A stretch of DNA of 64,000 bases, from contig CAWAMW010000017.1 in NCBI GenBank assembly GCA_963783305.1, forward strand, positions 288,001 to 352,000, given 5' to 3'. Of the stretch, positions 38,872-49,798 are shown piece after piece. This DNA is from an uncultured Gemmatimonadales bacterium. Lineage in GTDB: Bacteria > Gemmatimonadota > Gemmatimonadetes > Longimicrobiales > RSA9. Numbering within the stretch: position 1 is the stretch's first letter; each line of letters begins with the position of its first letter. Position numbers and translations under genes: made by a program. The notes below the pieces were generated by a model, which was not told where the DNA came from, made no database searches, and worked only from the letters and a program-made list of their open reading frames with translations.

Positions 38872-41109
38872 TCAGGCCACGAGCCTCCACACCTGCGCGA
38901 CCATGAAGGTGACGACGATCCCCATGACCAGCGGCATGAGCGCCGCGACGGTCGTCCATTTCACGCTCCCCGTCTCCTTGTAGATCGTGTAGATCGTGGT
39001 GGAGCAGGGGTTGTGGAGCAGGCTGAAGAGCATCAGCGACACGCCGGTCAGCAGCGTCCAGCCGCCCGCCTGAAGGACCTGCGCCATGGCCATGGTGCTG
39101 TCCAGCTCGAACAGGACTCCGGCGCCCTCCCCCAGGGCCAACCCGGCGCTGAGGACGGTGAGCATGAGGATCGTGGGGATGACGATCTCGTTGGCGGGGA
39201 TCGCCACCACGTAGGCCAGGAGGATCACGCCGTTCATGCCCAGGAGCACGCCCATCGGGTTCAGCCAGTCGATGAGGTATTCGGCGACGCTCGCATCGCC
39301 GATAACGACGTTGGCCGACAGCCAGATCACCCCCCCGGCCGGCACCGCGAACATGACGGCCCTCCAGAGCACGATGAGGGTGCGGTCGACCACGGACGTG
39401 TAGAGGGTCTGGAGCACGCGCGGCGGGCGGTACGGCGGTAGCTCCAGACTGAAGGTGGTCGCTTCACCGCGCAGGACCGTACTCGACAGCATCCAGGATG
39501 CGAGAAACATGAAGAGGATGCCGAGCACCGCGATCCCCACGACGGCCGAGGCGGCCACCAGACCGGCGAGGTGCGGCGGCGCGAGCGCTCCGATGAAAAT
39601 AGTGGCGATGAGGATCTGCGTCGGCCACCGCCCGTTGCAGAGTGAGAAATTGTTCGTGATGATGGCGATCAACCGCTCCCGCGGGCTGTCGATGATGCGC
39701 GTCGCCACCACGCCGGCCGCGTTGCAACCGAACCCCATGGCCATGGTCAGCGCCTGTTTCCCGTGGGCTCCGACCCGCTGGAACATGGAATCCATGTTGA
39801 ACGCGACACGGGGCAGGTACCCGAAGTCCTCCAGCAGTGTGAACAGCGGGAAGAAGATGGCCATGGGGGGCAGCATGACGGCCACGACCCACGCCGTCGC
39901 CAGGTAGACCCCGTCGAAGAGGAACCCGCTCAGCCACCAGGGCATGCCGATGGCATTCCCCGCCGCGGTGAGCAGGCTGTGGCCATGGTCGACGAGCAGC
40001 GTCCCCAGCATCTGCGACGGCACGTTCGCGCCCGCGATGGTGATCCAGAAGACCGCGGCGAGGACCCCGAGCATGATGGGGAGGCCGAGCCAGCGGCTGG
40101 TGAGGAGCTGGTCGAGCTTGCGGTCGAAGCGCTGACCGATCGCCCGGAGCCCCCGCTCCTGCGATTCGTCCGCGATCCGCTGCGCGGCGCCGTACAGCCG
40201 CTCCATGAGTGCGTCGTGGAAGTCCGGCCGGAGGTTCCAGCGCAGCCGGGACGCGGTCTCCAGGACCTCGTTGATAGCCTCCGGCTCCGGCTCGGGCGGA
40301 TCCCCGGTGAGCTGGGCGACGCCCGTGGCGACGACCCCTTCCTCCAGAAACCCGAGCTCGCCTTCCCGCACCGCTTCCTCCACGGCGCCATCGCCATTCA
40401 ACAGACGGAGCGCGACCCAGCGCGGGTTCGCGACCCCCGGGTACGCGCGCTCGATGGCCGGCATGAGCTCACCTACCGCCCCCTCCACCTCCGGCGCGTG
40501 GGCCTCGAGACGGTACGGCGTCGTGGGCCGCTCGCCCATGGCCACCGCCTGCACCGTGTCGAGCAGCAGGTTCACCCCTTCCCCGCTCCGGGCCACCGTG
40601 GCGACGACGGGTACTCCGAGCGTCCGTTCCAGCCGCTCCACATCGATAGAAACGCCATGACGACGCGCCTCGTCCACCAGGTTCAGGCAGACCACCACCC
40701 GATCCGTGATCTCCAGCACCTGCAGGACCAGGTTCAGGTTCCGCTCCAGCCGGCTCGCGTCCACCACTACCACCGTGACGTCGGGGCGCCCGAAGACCAG
40801 GAAGTCCCGGGCGACCTCCTCGTCGGTGCTGCCCGCCTGCAGCGAGTACGTCCCCGGCAGGTCCACCACCTTCACCCGCTGCCCCCGGTGCGCGAACGCG
40901 CCCTCGGCGCGGACTACGGTCTTGCCCGGCCAGTTCCCCGTGTGCTGCCGCAGCCCCGTCAGCGCGTTGAAAACCGTGCTCTTCCCCACGTTCGGGTTGC
41001 CGGCCAGCGCCACCAGGTAGTCCCACCGGTCCGGGCTCAGACCCAGCCGCACCAGGTTCTGCTGCCGGTGCTCGCTCGACGACCGCCGCTCCCTCGTGCG
41101 CGTCGCCAT
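38872..41109 (-). CDS. feoB: Ferrous iron transport protein B
   Basis: [40 protein letters not shown]. Confidence 0.95.
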   Translation of the reverse strand: MATRTRERRSSSEHRQQNLVRLGLSPDRWDYLVALAGNPNVGKSTVFNALTGLRQHTGNWPGKTVVRAEGAFAHRGQRVKVVDLPGTYSLQAGSTDEEVARDFLVFGRPDVTVVVVDASRLERNLNLVLQVLEITDRVVVCLNLVDEARRHGVSIDVERLERTLGVPVVATVARSGEGVNLLLDTVQAVAMGERPTTPYRLEAHAPEVEGAVGELMPAIERAYPGVANPRWVALRLLNGDGAVEEAVREGELGFLEEGVVATGVAQLTGDPPEPEPEAINEVLETASRLRWNLRPDFHDALMERLYGAAQRIADESQERGLRAIGQRFDRKLDQLLTSRWLGLPIMLGVLAAVFWITIAGANVPSQMLGTLLVDHGHSLLTAAGNAIGMPWWLSGFLFDGVYLATAWVVAVMLPPMAIFFPLFTLLEDFGYLPRVAFNMDSMFQRVGAHGKQALTMAMGFGCNAAGVVATRIIDSPRERLIAIITNNFSLCNGRWPTQILIATIFIGALAPPHLAGLVAASAVVGIAVLGILFMFLASWMLSSTVLRGEATTFSLELPPYRPPRVLQTLYTSVVDRTLIVLWRAVMFAVPAGGVIWLSANVVIGDASVAEYLIDWLNPMGVLLGMNGVILLAYVVAIPANEIVIPTILMLTVLSAGLALGEGAGVLFELDSTMAMAQVLQAGGWTLLTGVSLMLFSLLHNPCSTTIYTIYKETGSVKWTTVAALMPLVMGIVVTFMVAQVWRLVA

Positions 41110-42170
41110 CAGCCCGCCCTCTCCGACGGCTGCTCCTCGACTTCGATCCACGACGCCTGCTCACGACGCAGCGCGATCAGCGCGCCCCGGATCCGGTACG
41201 CCACCGGGTCGCCCGCCGCGCTCACCAGCTCCGCCACCACCGTCGTGCCGGGCACCACGCCCAGGTCCAGCAGACGACGGCGCTGCGGACCCTGGCACGC
41301 CGGCGCGATCCCCACCACCCGCACCGGCTCGCCCCGCGCGGCGTCGGCCAGCGTGCGCACCCTGCCCATCGCCGCCTCACCCTCCGGCAGCCGCTCCACG
41401 GTGACATTGGCCGCGTCCACGGGCCTGAGCACGTGCTCCGCGCCCCGCACCTGGATCCGCACCCGGCCCGCGTCGCCCGCGCCCCGCTCCCGGCGCTCCA
41501 CGACCTCGAGCGTCTGACCCGGCGCCAGCCCCATCTCCAGCAGACGATCGAACACCTCGCGCGGCTCGTCCTCCAGGTGCCGCACCACCGCGCTCTCCCC
41601 CGCCCCCAGCGCGCCCAACGTGGTCCCCACACGGTCGGGGATCTCGCCGCCCGCCGTGGGGATCGGGTCGCCGTGCGGGTCGTAGCGGGGATCACCGAGC
41701 CGCGACGCCAGCGCCTCCGCCTCCGCCGCGCTCAACTGGTGCTCCACCCGCTCCGCCTTCGTATGCCACTCCGCCGCCGGCACCCCCGTGCGGTCCGCCA
41801 GGTACCGCTCCCACAGACGATGCGTGCGCAGGATCCGCAGCGCGTACTCACGACCCGCCTCCGTCAGCCCGTAGCCGTCTCCGTTCGCCTCCGCCAGCCC
41901 CTGGTCCGTCAGCCGCGTCAGGACGTCCGATGCCGCGCCGCGCGACGTCTCCAGCCGCCCCGCCAGCCGCTCCAGCGAGCACAGCCGGCCGGACCGCTCG
42001 CTGTCCAGCAGGTGCTTCAGCGCGTCCTCCAGACGCACCCGCTCGGCCTCCTTGCGGAGGCGATCCATGCGCGCGAGCAGACCGGCCCGCGGCCAGAACG
42101 CGGCGGCCGCGGCGAGGGCGATTGCGACGGCGAGCAGCGCCATCGGGCTGAAGAGGGACTCGGGTATCAT
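41109..42170 (-). CDS. DtxR/MntR family metal-dependent regulator with N-terminal TM and two FeoA-like domains
   Basis: [40 protein letters not shown] and RRLLDLG..PG..GDP..Y.IRG. Confidence 0.88.
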   Translation of the reverse strand: MIPESLFSPMALLAVAIALAAAAAFWPRAGLLARMDRLRKEAERVRLEDALKHLLDSERSGRLCSLERLAGRLETSRGAASDVLTRLTDQGLAEANGDGYGLTEAGREYALRILRTHRLWERYLADRTGVPAAEWHTKAERVEHQLSAAEAEALASRLGDPRYDPHGDPIPTAGGEIPDRVGTTLGALGAGESAVVRHLEDEPREVFDRLLEMGLAPGQTLEVVERRERGAGDAGRVRIQVRGAEHVLRPVDAANVTVERLPEGEAAMGRVRTLADAARGEPVRVVGIAPACQGPQRRRLLDLGVVPGTTVVAELVSAAGDPVAYRIRGALIALRREQASWIEVEEQPSERAG

Positions 42171-42180
42171 CCTGATCCTA

Positions 42181-42204
42181 ATGTTTTAGTGTGGCCTAAA
42201 ACAT
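42181..42204. promoter_or_regulatory. DtxR/MntR-type operator palindrome
   Basis: ATGTTTTAG-N6-CTAAAACAT, perfect 9-bp arms 10 bp upstream of the regulator start. Confidence 0.75.
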
Positions 42205-42409
42205 GATTTAGGACGGGGGAGGTGTCAAGGCGGTGTCGTGCGGAAATGCGCCAGACGCCTCAGCTACTGAGGAGGACTACGGCGGCTGAAGCTCCTGCTG
42301 ACACCAACGCGGTCCCGGACCTGGTCCTGGCGCGGGAGCCAGGCCCGCCGATTCAGCCTGCCGGCGGCGGTCGAGCGCGGGCAGCGCCACGACGCCGCGG
42401 CGCGAGCGT

Positions 42410-43333
42410 TCATGTGGCCCTGGGCGGGGCGTCCGTGCCGGGTCTGGCCTGCCCGTGAAGCGCCTCTACGAAAGCAACCACCGTCCGGTCTGCCCCATCC
42501 CTGCGCAGGACATGGAACTCCAGAACCGCCTCCAGTCCCCGGACTCTGCGGACAGCGGTGCCGGCGGGGGGCGAGGCGCTGACCATGTCCAGAACCGCCG
42601 CCCACCCCGCGCCGCTCGCCACGAGCTGGGCCAGGCCGGCGAACGCACCCGGGGAGCGGACCACCTCGGGGGCCACGTCCTGGCGCCGGAGCGCCTCGAG
42701 GATCGTGTCGTGGAGGGAGGGTATGGTCTCACGGTCCGAGAGCAACATGGGCAGATCCGCCAGGTCGTCCAGGGAAAGTGACCGGCGGCGGGCGAGGGGA
42801 TGCTTCGCAGGGAGCAGGGCGGAGCGGAGGGGCTCGGCGGCAAGGGCGTCGGCGACGAGCCCGGGAGGGTAATCCTGGGGGTTCGCGGCCAGTCCGAACC
42901 CTACATCGACGATGTCATCGAGGAGTGCGCCCGGGTGCTCCACCCAGGGGATGGCCACCCGCTCCACCACCACGCCGGGGTGGCCCTCCCGAAATCGTCC
43001 CAGAGCCCCGGCCACCCGCTCAGTCCAGGGACCCACGTCTGGCGGAGCGACGCGCAGGCGGCCCTCGTCGGTCCGGGCGGCGGCCCGGGCGGCGACCAGG
43101 GCCTCGGCCGCCTCGGCGAGGGTGCGCCGGGCCCGGGGCAGGAAGGCTTCTCCCACCGCGGTCAGAGTCACACCCCGGGCCGTACGGATGAAGAGGTCCC
43201 CACCGATCTCCCGCTCCAGCTTCCGGACCTGACGGGAGAGGGCGGACTGGACCACGAAGAGGCGTCTGGCCGCCCGGCCCATGTTCCCCTCCTCGGCGGA
43301 GGCAATGAAGTAGCGGAGCTGCCGCAGGTCCAT
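42410..43333 (-). CDS. LysR family transcriptional regulator
   Basis: MDLRQLRYF, AARRLFVVQSALSRQVRKLE, LF.RT.RGV.LT. Confidence 0.93.
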   Translation of the reverse strand: MDLRQLRYFIASAEEGNMGRAARRLFVVQSALSRQVRKLEREIGGDLFIRTARGVTLTAVGEAFLPRARRTLAEAAEALVAARAAARTDEGRLRVAPPDVGPWTERVAGALGRFREGHPGVVVERVAIPWVEHPGALLDDIVDVGFGLAANPQDYPPGLVADALAAEPLRSALLPAKHPLARRRSLSLDDLADLPMLLSDRETIPSLHDTILEALRRQDVAPEVVRSPGAFAGLAQLVASGAGWAAVLDMVSASPPAGTAVRRVRGLEAVLEFHVLRRDGADRTVVAFVEALHGQARPGTDAPPRAT

Positions 43334-43485
43334 GGCGCGGGAAACTAGCGGGCCTTCTCGATGCGGCAAGGGAGGCTGCGGAAAAGAGCGTTGGACGCTC
43401 CCGTGGCGGCGCCGGTAGCTTACGGTCGTAGCCGCTCCGGTCCGGGAGCGGCGCCTGCTTCCACCCATCGCCCGAGGTTACGCCC

Positions 43486-43995
43486 ATGCCCATGCCCACG
43501 CCCGAATCTGCCGTTGTTCCGACCGGCGTAGCCCCCCGTCCCCTCGCCCCTTTCGTCCGGGGTCCCGGCACCCCCGGGCACCTCGGTCCCCTGGACGTGA
43601 CGATCCACGTGCTGGTGCGGGGTGCGGACACCGGGGGCGGATGGGCTCTGGTGGATTACACCATGCCCCCGGGTTTCGCCGGGCCTCCAACCCACGCCCA
43701 CGACCTGGCCACCGAGGCCTTCTACGGCATCGAGGGAGAGACGCGGCTGGAGGTGAACGGTCGCGAGGTCGCGCTCCTGCCGGGGGCGGTTGCCGTGGTC
43801 CCCCCGGGTGTAATGCACCGCTTCCGCAACGCCACCGATCGGCCGGCACGCCACCTGGTCGTCCTCACGCCCGCGGGGTTCGAAGGGTACTTCGACGACC
43901 TCGCGGCGCTGGCGGCAGAGCACGGCGCCTGGCCCCCGGCGGAGCCCGCTGCCCTCACCGCACTCATGACGCGTCACGACCTGCGGCTGCGGTGA
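43486..43995 (+). CDS. Cupin domain protein
   Basis: PPTHAH...E.FY..EG and PPG..HRF.N motifs; divergent from the LysR gene. Confidence 0.85.
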   Translation: MPMPTPESAVVPTGVAPRPLAPFVRGPGTPGHLGPLDVTIHVLVRGADTGGGWALVDYTMPPGFAGPPTHAHDLATEAFYGIEGETRLEVNGREVALLPGAVAVVPPGVMHRFRNATDRPARHLVVLTPAGFEGYFDDLAALAAEHGAWPPAEPAALTALMTRHDLRLR

Positions 43996-44017
43996 CGCCT
44001 GGCCAGGCGTCACCGCA
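43988..44017. repeat. Perfect 30-bp palindrome spanning both stop codons of convergent genes
   Basis: tgcggtgacgcctgg|ccaggcgtcaccgca. Confidence 0.9.
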
Positions 44018-45137
44018 ACGGAGGCTGGTCCGCCCTGGCGACCCAGGCTGCGAGGAAAGGATCAGAGATGCGGACGGGCCTGCCGGGGGCGAGAATCCCG
44101 TCGGAGCGTAGCTCGGTGGTGGCCCAGGAGGCGGCAGCCGAGCTGCCGATGCCGTAGCGGTCGAGCACGGCGCGCGACGTCAGCTGCTCCTCACCGGCGG
44201 CGATGGCGCGCATGATCCGGCGCTTGTCGGGCGAAAGCTTCTCCCAGATCAGCTCGTAGGCGCTCGCCTGGTCGGCGACGATGTCGGCGAACGCCGCGTC
44301 CACCGTTTCCAGGCTCGCCTCCGCCGCTTCCAGCCCGAGCCGGTGCACGACCTTGGCGAGGCGGAGGATGGGCTCGGTCACGGGGCCGGCGCGGTCGTGG
44401 ATCGCCTCGACCACGTCCCGGCCGCAGCGGACGCCGTGCGGCTCCAGCCGGTGGTGCAGCCACGGCACCAGGTGGTCCCGGCCGATCCCGCCGATCTCCA
44501 TGCGGTCGATCCCGGCCAGCGGCCCCTTCGGCCCGATCAGCGACTGCACGACGCCCTCGATGGACCCGGAAAGGACATAGCCGATGCCCGGCGTGTCCTG
44601 CATCACCCCCCGGAGCAGCGCGCCGCCGGACCCGTGCAGCGTCTCCAGCTTCTGGAACTCGTCGATCACCACCACGATCGGCGACTCCGTCCCCTCCGCG
44701 GCCCCGTCAAGAGCCCGGAGGATTCGCTCCAAGGTCTCTTCCGGCCGGTCGTCCAGCCGCGCCGACCCGCCCAGGCCGAGCCGCGGGCGGCCCGATTCGT
44801 CCACGGACAGCGAGACCAGCCCGGACAGCGAGCGCAGCAGCGCCTGGGCGCGCTCCCCCACCAGCCACCACCCCGGCACCGCGCCCAGGAGCGAGCGGTT
44901 GAGCGCGGTCAGGCTCTCCGCCAGCCACGCGTCCACCGTCACCGCAACGCCGCCCTCCGCCCGCAGCCGCTCCGCCGCCCGCCGGATCACCGACGTCTTC
45001 CCCTGTCGGCGCTCGCCGTACAGCACCAGGCGGTCGCGCGCACGCATGGCCGCCAGCACCCGCGCCACCTCCGTCTCCCGGTCGGTGAAGTAGGCGCCCT
45101 CGGCGATCTGATGCGTCCGAAAAGGTGGCTCCGTCAT
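44010..45137 (-). CDS. AAA/archaeal-type ATPase with C-terminal wHTH
   Basis: FTDRE.E, GERRQGKT Walker A, VVIDEFQ Walker B, DPFL..W. Confidence 0.85.
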   Translation of the reverse strand: MTEPPFRTHQIAEGAYFTDRETEVARVLAAMRARDRLVLYGERRQGKTSVIRRAAERLRAEGGVAVTVDAWLAESLTALNRSLLGAVPGWWLVGERAQALLRSLSGLVSLSVDESGRPRLGLGGSARLDDRPEETLERILRALDGAAEGTESPIVVVIDEFQKLETLHGSGGALLRGVMQDTPGIGYVLSGSIEGVVQSLIGPKGPLAGIDRMEIGGIGRDHLVPWLHHRLEPHGVRCGRDVVEAIHDRAGPVTEPILRLAKVVHRLGLEAAEASLETVDAAFADIVADQASAYELIWEKLSPDKRRIMRAIAAGEEQLTSRAVLDRYGIGSSAAASWATTELRSDGILAPGRPVRISDPFLAAWVARADQPPLR

Positions 45138-45174
45138 GGATACGCCCCTGCTACAAAGAAACGCCTTACCCGAT

Positions 45175-45196
45175 TTACTAAGGCATCGCTTAGTAA
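45175..45196. promoter_or_regulatory. Palindrome upstream of the ATPase gene (candidate operator)
   Basis: TTACTAAG-N6-CTTAGTAA. Confidence 0.5.
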
Positions 45197-45786
45197 GTAT
45201 TTACTTTGTCGGGCTGCGTGTCAAGCAGGCCGGGCCGTTCGCGCTCACTCACATCCCGCGCGCTCGCGTTCGCTACATGGGTTTCAGGTTCTGGTTGAGC
45301 CTTCCTCTTTGCATAGGTGCGGCGAACGGACGGGGACATGTTGTTGTAGTTCTCGCGGGCCGGTGATATCCCGGTCAGCTTTGCCGCGAACCGCTGGATT
45401 TCTTCGTCGGCAATGGGGCCACTTTCCGGGGCGTCCCACATGCCGTTTCGTTTTGCGGCCTCCACCGCTCTCTCGCCCGGATCGGTCATCAACCCTCTCT
45501 GCCGCAGCGATTCCACCTTTCCCTTGTTTCTTTCAGACCAGGGACTCCTGGGGCGTCGACGGGTGAAGTATTTCGCATAGAGTGTCTCATCGATGCTCCG
45601 TACCTTCCCATCGATCCAGCCAGAGCAAAGGGCTTCTTCCAGTGCGTCATCCGCTGACAACGTGACGACCGCGGGTGTCTTGCCGATCAGAAGCCACACT
45701 CCGTCGCTCGTCTCCGCGTTCTCACGCAGCCACGTACGGAAGTCGTCTCGCGAAGCAAACAACAGCTCACGCACATCAGCATTCAT
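45190..45786 (-). CDS. YdeI/OmpD-associated family protein; C-terminus possibly degenerate
   Basis: FR.WL..N, ALEEALC.GWIDG, FT.RRP.S.WS..NK, GLMT. Confidence 0.8.
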   Translation of the reverse strand: MNADVRELLFASRDDFRTWLRENAETSDGVWLLIGKTPAVVTLSADDALEEALCSGWIDGKVRSIDETLYAKYFTRRRPRSPWSERNKGKVESLRQRGLMTDPGERAVEAAKRNGMWDAPESGPIADEEIQRFAAKLTGISPARENYNNMSPSVRRTYAKRKAQPEPETHVANASARDVSERERPGLLDTQPDKVNTY

Positions 45787-45980
45787 TGCGAACCCCCCGG
45801 GGCCGGCGCTGGTTGGGCGGGCGCGGTGCGACGCCGGCGATCCATAGTGCGGTGCCGGCCCGGCGCTGTCAGTACGGAAAAACCCTGAACCTCGTCCTGT
45901 GGGGCGATCGCTTACAGCCAGGGATGACCGCGGGATCCGTCGACCTCGACGCCGCGACGCGGCCGCCCTCGCCGTGGTCG

Positions 45981-48422
45981 TCAGCCCTCCGCCTTCAGCG
46001 CGTCCGCCGGCTCCACCGCGAGCGCACGGCGGGTGGGCGGGATGCACGCCAGCATGCAGCTGGCCCCGATGAGCAGGACGTAGCCGAGGATCATGAGGAC
46101 GTCCTGGAGGTCGTGCGCCTTCTCCCCGAGGGCGAGGGGGAGGAGGAGCAGCAGGGCGGCGCCGGTGGTGAGGCCGAGCCCGACCTGGATGAGCGGCTTG
46201 CGGAAGACGGCGGCGACCACACGGGTGGAGCTGGCGCCGAGCGCGACGCGGATGCCGATCTCGCGGGTGCGTCGGGCCATGGTGAAGGACATGACCGCGA
46301 AGATCCCGCCCATGGAGAGGAGGATGGCGAGACCGCTCACGGCGCCGAGCACGGTGGACCAGAAGGCGTAGAACTCCCGCTGGGCGCGGGTCAGCTCGGC
46401 GAGGTCCTGGATGTCCTCGACGATGAGGGTGGGCTCGACCTCCATGGCGATGCCGCGGAGTGTGGGTCCGAAGGCGCGTGCGTCGCCGGCCATGTGGATC
46501 ACGGCACGCGCCGGATGGATGTCGCCGGGCTCGGCGGGGTGGTACATGCCCTGGTGGCCGTAGCCGGAGACGGTGCCCAGGTCCTCCACCACGCCCACGA
46601 TCTCGTGCCACGGCCCGGGCTCCTGCGTCGGGTCCCGGTACTCCTCGCTGGCCAGGTACCGGACGCGCAGCCCGACGGGGTTGCGGCCGCCCATGACGCG
46701 CTCGACGAACGACTCGTTCACGACCACCGCCCGGTGCCCCTCCTCCAGGTCGGCGAGGCGGAACCCGCGCCCGGCGGTGACCGTGGCGCCCATGACGTCG
46801 AAGTAGTCGATGGCCACGCGGGCGGAGCCGAGACGGTGGCCGCGCTCGTCCGGCGGCTCCGCCGTGGGCCCGTCGACCTCCACCTGGCGCCAGGGGTGGT
46901 ACTCCCGGGGCAGCCGCTCGGTGAAGGCCACCCCGCGGACACCGGGCTCGGAGCGGATCCGCTGCGCGAGCCGATCGAGCGTCGGGCCCATGCGACGACG
47001 CGTCCACGCCGCGGCGGAGTCCGCGGGAACCTCGAGCGGCGCCGGCCGCTGCATCTCGAGGCGGGCCGAAAGGTACTCGCGGACGGGGAGATCGAGGTCC
47101 TCGTTGACCTCACGGTTCCCCTCTGCCCGGACCGCCAGCGTGACCAGCGGGAAGATCATCGTCACGGCGATCTGGAGGACGATCACCCCCGTCCACACGC
47201 CGCCGAACTGGAAGCCGCCCCCGCCGGCCGACGCCTGCTGGAGCCCGGGCCGCAGGTCGCGCGTGACCTTGAGCCCCGGGAGCACTCCGGCCACGGCGGC
47301 CGCAAGCACGGTGAGGAGCACGGTGTAGAGCAGCGTCGTCGGGGACAGGCTGGCGTCGAACCAGAACGGGAGGCTCTCGTCGAAGAGGGATAGCTCGGTG
47401 ATCCGGAAGAGCCAGGCAATGGCGTAGCGCGCGGCCACCAGCCCGATCACGGCCGCGAGCGCGGCGAGGACCAGCGCCTCCACGAAGAGCTGGAGGATGA
47501 TCCGGCGACGGCTCGCGCCCAGCGCGCTCCGGACCACGAGCTCGCCCTCCCGGGACGTCGCGCGGGCGAAGAGCAGCAGCGCGACGTTGCCGCAGACGAG
47601 CATCAGGAAGAGCGCCAGCGGCAGGTTGGTGGCCGCGCCGATGGCCATGAGCGCGAGGGTGGACAGCGCCGTCGGGTCGGCCCCGCCGATGTTCGCCCCG
47701 AGCCAGCTCGTGGCCCACCGCGAGACCTGCGGCCGGAGGTGCTCGTGGGTCCCGGGGAAGTCGGCCGCCACGCGGCCGCCGAGGACGCTCAGCTCCGCCC
47801 GGGCGTCCTCCAGCGACGCGCCGGGGGCCAGTCGCCCGAACACCACCACGCGGGGCCCCGCCAGCGGAGCGAACGCCTCCCCGGGGTCACCGAACGGGAC
47901 CCAGAATGTCGTGCGCCAGCGGGAAGGCGAACCCCTCCGGCATGACGCCCACCACCGTGGTCGTCCCGGCCGCGTCCCAGAGCTCGATGGCCACCACCCG
48001 GTCCCCGGCGGGGAGCGGGAGGTCCGGGCTCACCACCTGCGAGATGACCTCGAACGCCGTCGCCCCCGCGAAGATGGCGAATGCCATTGAGAGGCTGCCC
48101 AGGACGGTGAGCGCCGGGTACTTCACCAGCATCCGCAGCCCCAGCTTCACGTCCAGCCACCAGCCCGTGAGCCAGCCCAGACCCCTGGCCTCCCGGACCT
48201 CCTCCTTCGTCCGCTCCAATCCGCCGAACGACACCGCCGCACGACGCGCCGCCTCGCCCGGCTCCAGCCCCTTCTCCCGGATCAGACGCTGCGTCTCCAT
48301 CTCCAGGTGGAACCGCAGCTCCTCGTCGAGATCCGCCGCCTCGCGGTTCTGGAAGAGGAGGCCGGTGATCCGCTCCCGCAGCGCGGCGAGGGGCGCCGCA
48401 TCCGGGCCGCGAGCCGCGTCAC
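45981..48422 (-). pseudogene. ADOP-type (MacB/FtsX duplicated) ABC permease, frameshifted and internally deleted
   Basis: DLDEELRFHLEM..., NVALLLFARA..REGEL..R.ALGASR.RI, RRTREIGIRVALGA; frame breaks near 48390 and 47900; first periplasmic domain very short. Confidence 0.8.
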
Positions 48423-48509
48423 GACACCGGCGCGCGGATCTTCACCGGGGCCGGCTCCAGACCACCTCACGAGAACGCCCCGCTCGAATTCGAGGACCCA
48501 GTTCACCGC

Positions 48510-48812
48510 CTACGACGACCGCTTCCACTGCTCGCGCTCCCGCGCCAGCTCCGCCTCCCCCGCCGCCGTCAGCATGTAGTACTTCGCCCGGCGGTTGTTC
48601 TCGCTCCTGCGCCACTCCGACTTCAGCCACCCCTTCGACTTCAGCCGCTGGAGCGCCGGGTAGAGCGACCCCTGGTTCACCTGGAAGACATCGCGCGACA
48701 TCTGCTGGATCCGCTGGCTGATCCCCCAGCCGTGCATCGGCTCGAAGGAGAGCGTCTTGAGGACCAGGAGCTCGAGGGTCCCCTGGAGCAGATCGGACTG
48801 GTCGTGTGCCAT
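48510..48812 (-). CDS. PadR family regulator (ADOP-associated), possibly truncated by an in-frame TAG
   Basis: LQGTLELLVL, HG..I, QGSLYPAL.RL, SENNRRAKYY.LT..G; the frame continues AVNWVL after the TAG. Confidence 0.9.
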   Translation of the reverse strand: MAHDQSDLLQGTLELLVLKTLSFEPMHGWGISQRIQQMSRDVFQVNQGSLYPALQRLKSKGWLKSEWRRSENNRRAKYYMLTAAGEAELAREREQWKRSS

Positions 48813-48823
48813 GGGGGCGCGCT

Positions 48824-48880
48824 TCCTGTAGAAGGTCTAAAGATCAAAGTAGCGCGGACTCCTGTAGGCGGTCAATAGGA
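48824..48880. promoter_or_regulatory. Two related boxes upstream of padR (candidate autoregulatory sites)
   Basis: tcctgtagaaggtctaaaga and tcctgtaggcggtcaatagga. Confidence 0.5.
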
Positions 48881-49000
48881 ACGACGGAGCGGCTGCGTGG
48901 AGGACCCGACCAGTAGGTGCGGCCGACGGGAACAGCTTAACTTCTTGACACGAAGGGCTCGAAGGGACGAAGGATACGAAAACCGCGCATCGGGCTTGTC

Positions 49001-49798
49001 ATGTCAGACCGCACCGACTTCACCAACACCTACGCCGACCCGGAGCGGGCCGCTTCGTACGCCGGCGTCGACTTCACCGGCACCTACCACCTCGCCGTGC
49101 GCGACCTGCCGGACCTGATCGAGCGGCACGTGGGCGGGCGGGCGGCGCTGGACTTCGGGTGCGGGGCGGGTCGCTCGACGCGGCTGCTGAAGGCGCTCAG
49201 GTTCGAGGCGGTGGGGGTGGACGTGTCGCGGAGCATGCTGGAGCGGGCGCGGGCGCGGGATCCGGAGGGGCGCTACGTCCTCATCGCCGAGGAGGATCCC
49301 GACTCACTGGCGGGCGTGGTCCCGGCGGGCTCGCGGGACCTTGTCTTCTGCGCGTACCCGTTCGACAACATCCCGGGTCGGGCGAACCGGGCGCGGATCC
49401 TGGGGGCGCTGGGTCGTACGCTGAAGGAGGACGGCCGGGTGATCATCGTGGCGTCGTCCCCCGAGCTGTACCAGCACGAGTGGCTGTCGTTCACGACCGC
49501 GGCGTTCGAGGAGAACCGGCGGGCCGCGAGTGGCGACCCGGTGCGGATCGTCATGAAGGACGTCCCCGACGCGCGGCCCGTGCCCGACTTCCTCTGGACC
49601 GACGACGACTACCGGGTCATGGCCGAGGCCGCGGGGCTGCGGGTGCTGGAGACCGCGCGGCCGCTGGGTCGGCCGGACGACGGGTACGCGTGGGTCAGCG
49701 AGACGGCGGTGGCGCCGTGGGCGATCCACGTGCTGGGACGGCCTCACACCGCCGGTGTCGGCAGCCGACCGTCCACCAGGAAGTCCTCCCTCGGGTAG
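49001..49798 (+). CDS. Class I SAM-dependent methyltransferase
   Basis: ALDFGCGAGRSTR, GVDVS..ML. Confidence 0.88.
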   Translation: MSDRTDFTNTYADPERAASYAGVDFTGTYHLAVRDLPDLIERHVGGRAALDFGCGAGRSTRLLKALRFEAVGVDVSRSMLERARARDPEGRYVLIAEEDPDSLAGVVPAGSRDLVFCAYPFDNIPGRANRARILGALGRTLKEDGRVIIVASSPELYQHEWLSFTTAAFEENRRAASGDPVRIVMKDVPDARPVPDFLWTDDDYRVMAEAAGLRVLETARPLGRPDDGYAWVSETAVAPWAIHVLGRPHTAGVGSRPSTRKSSLG

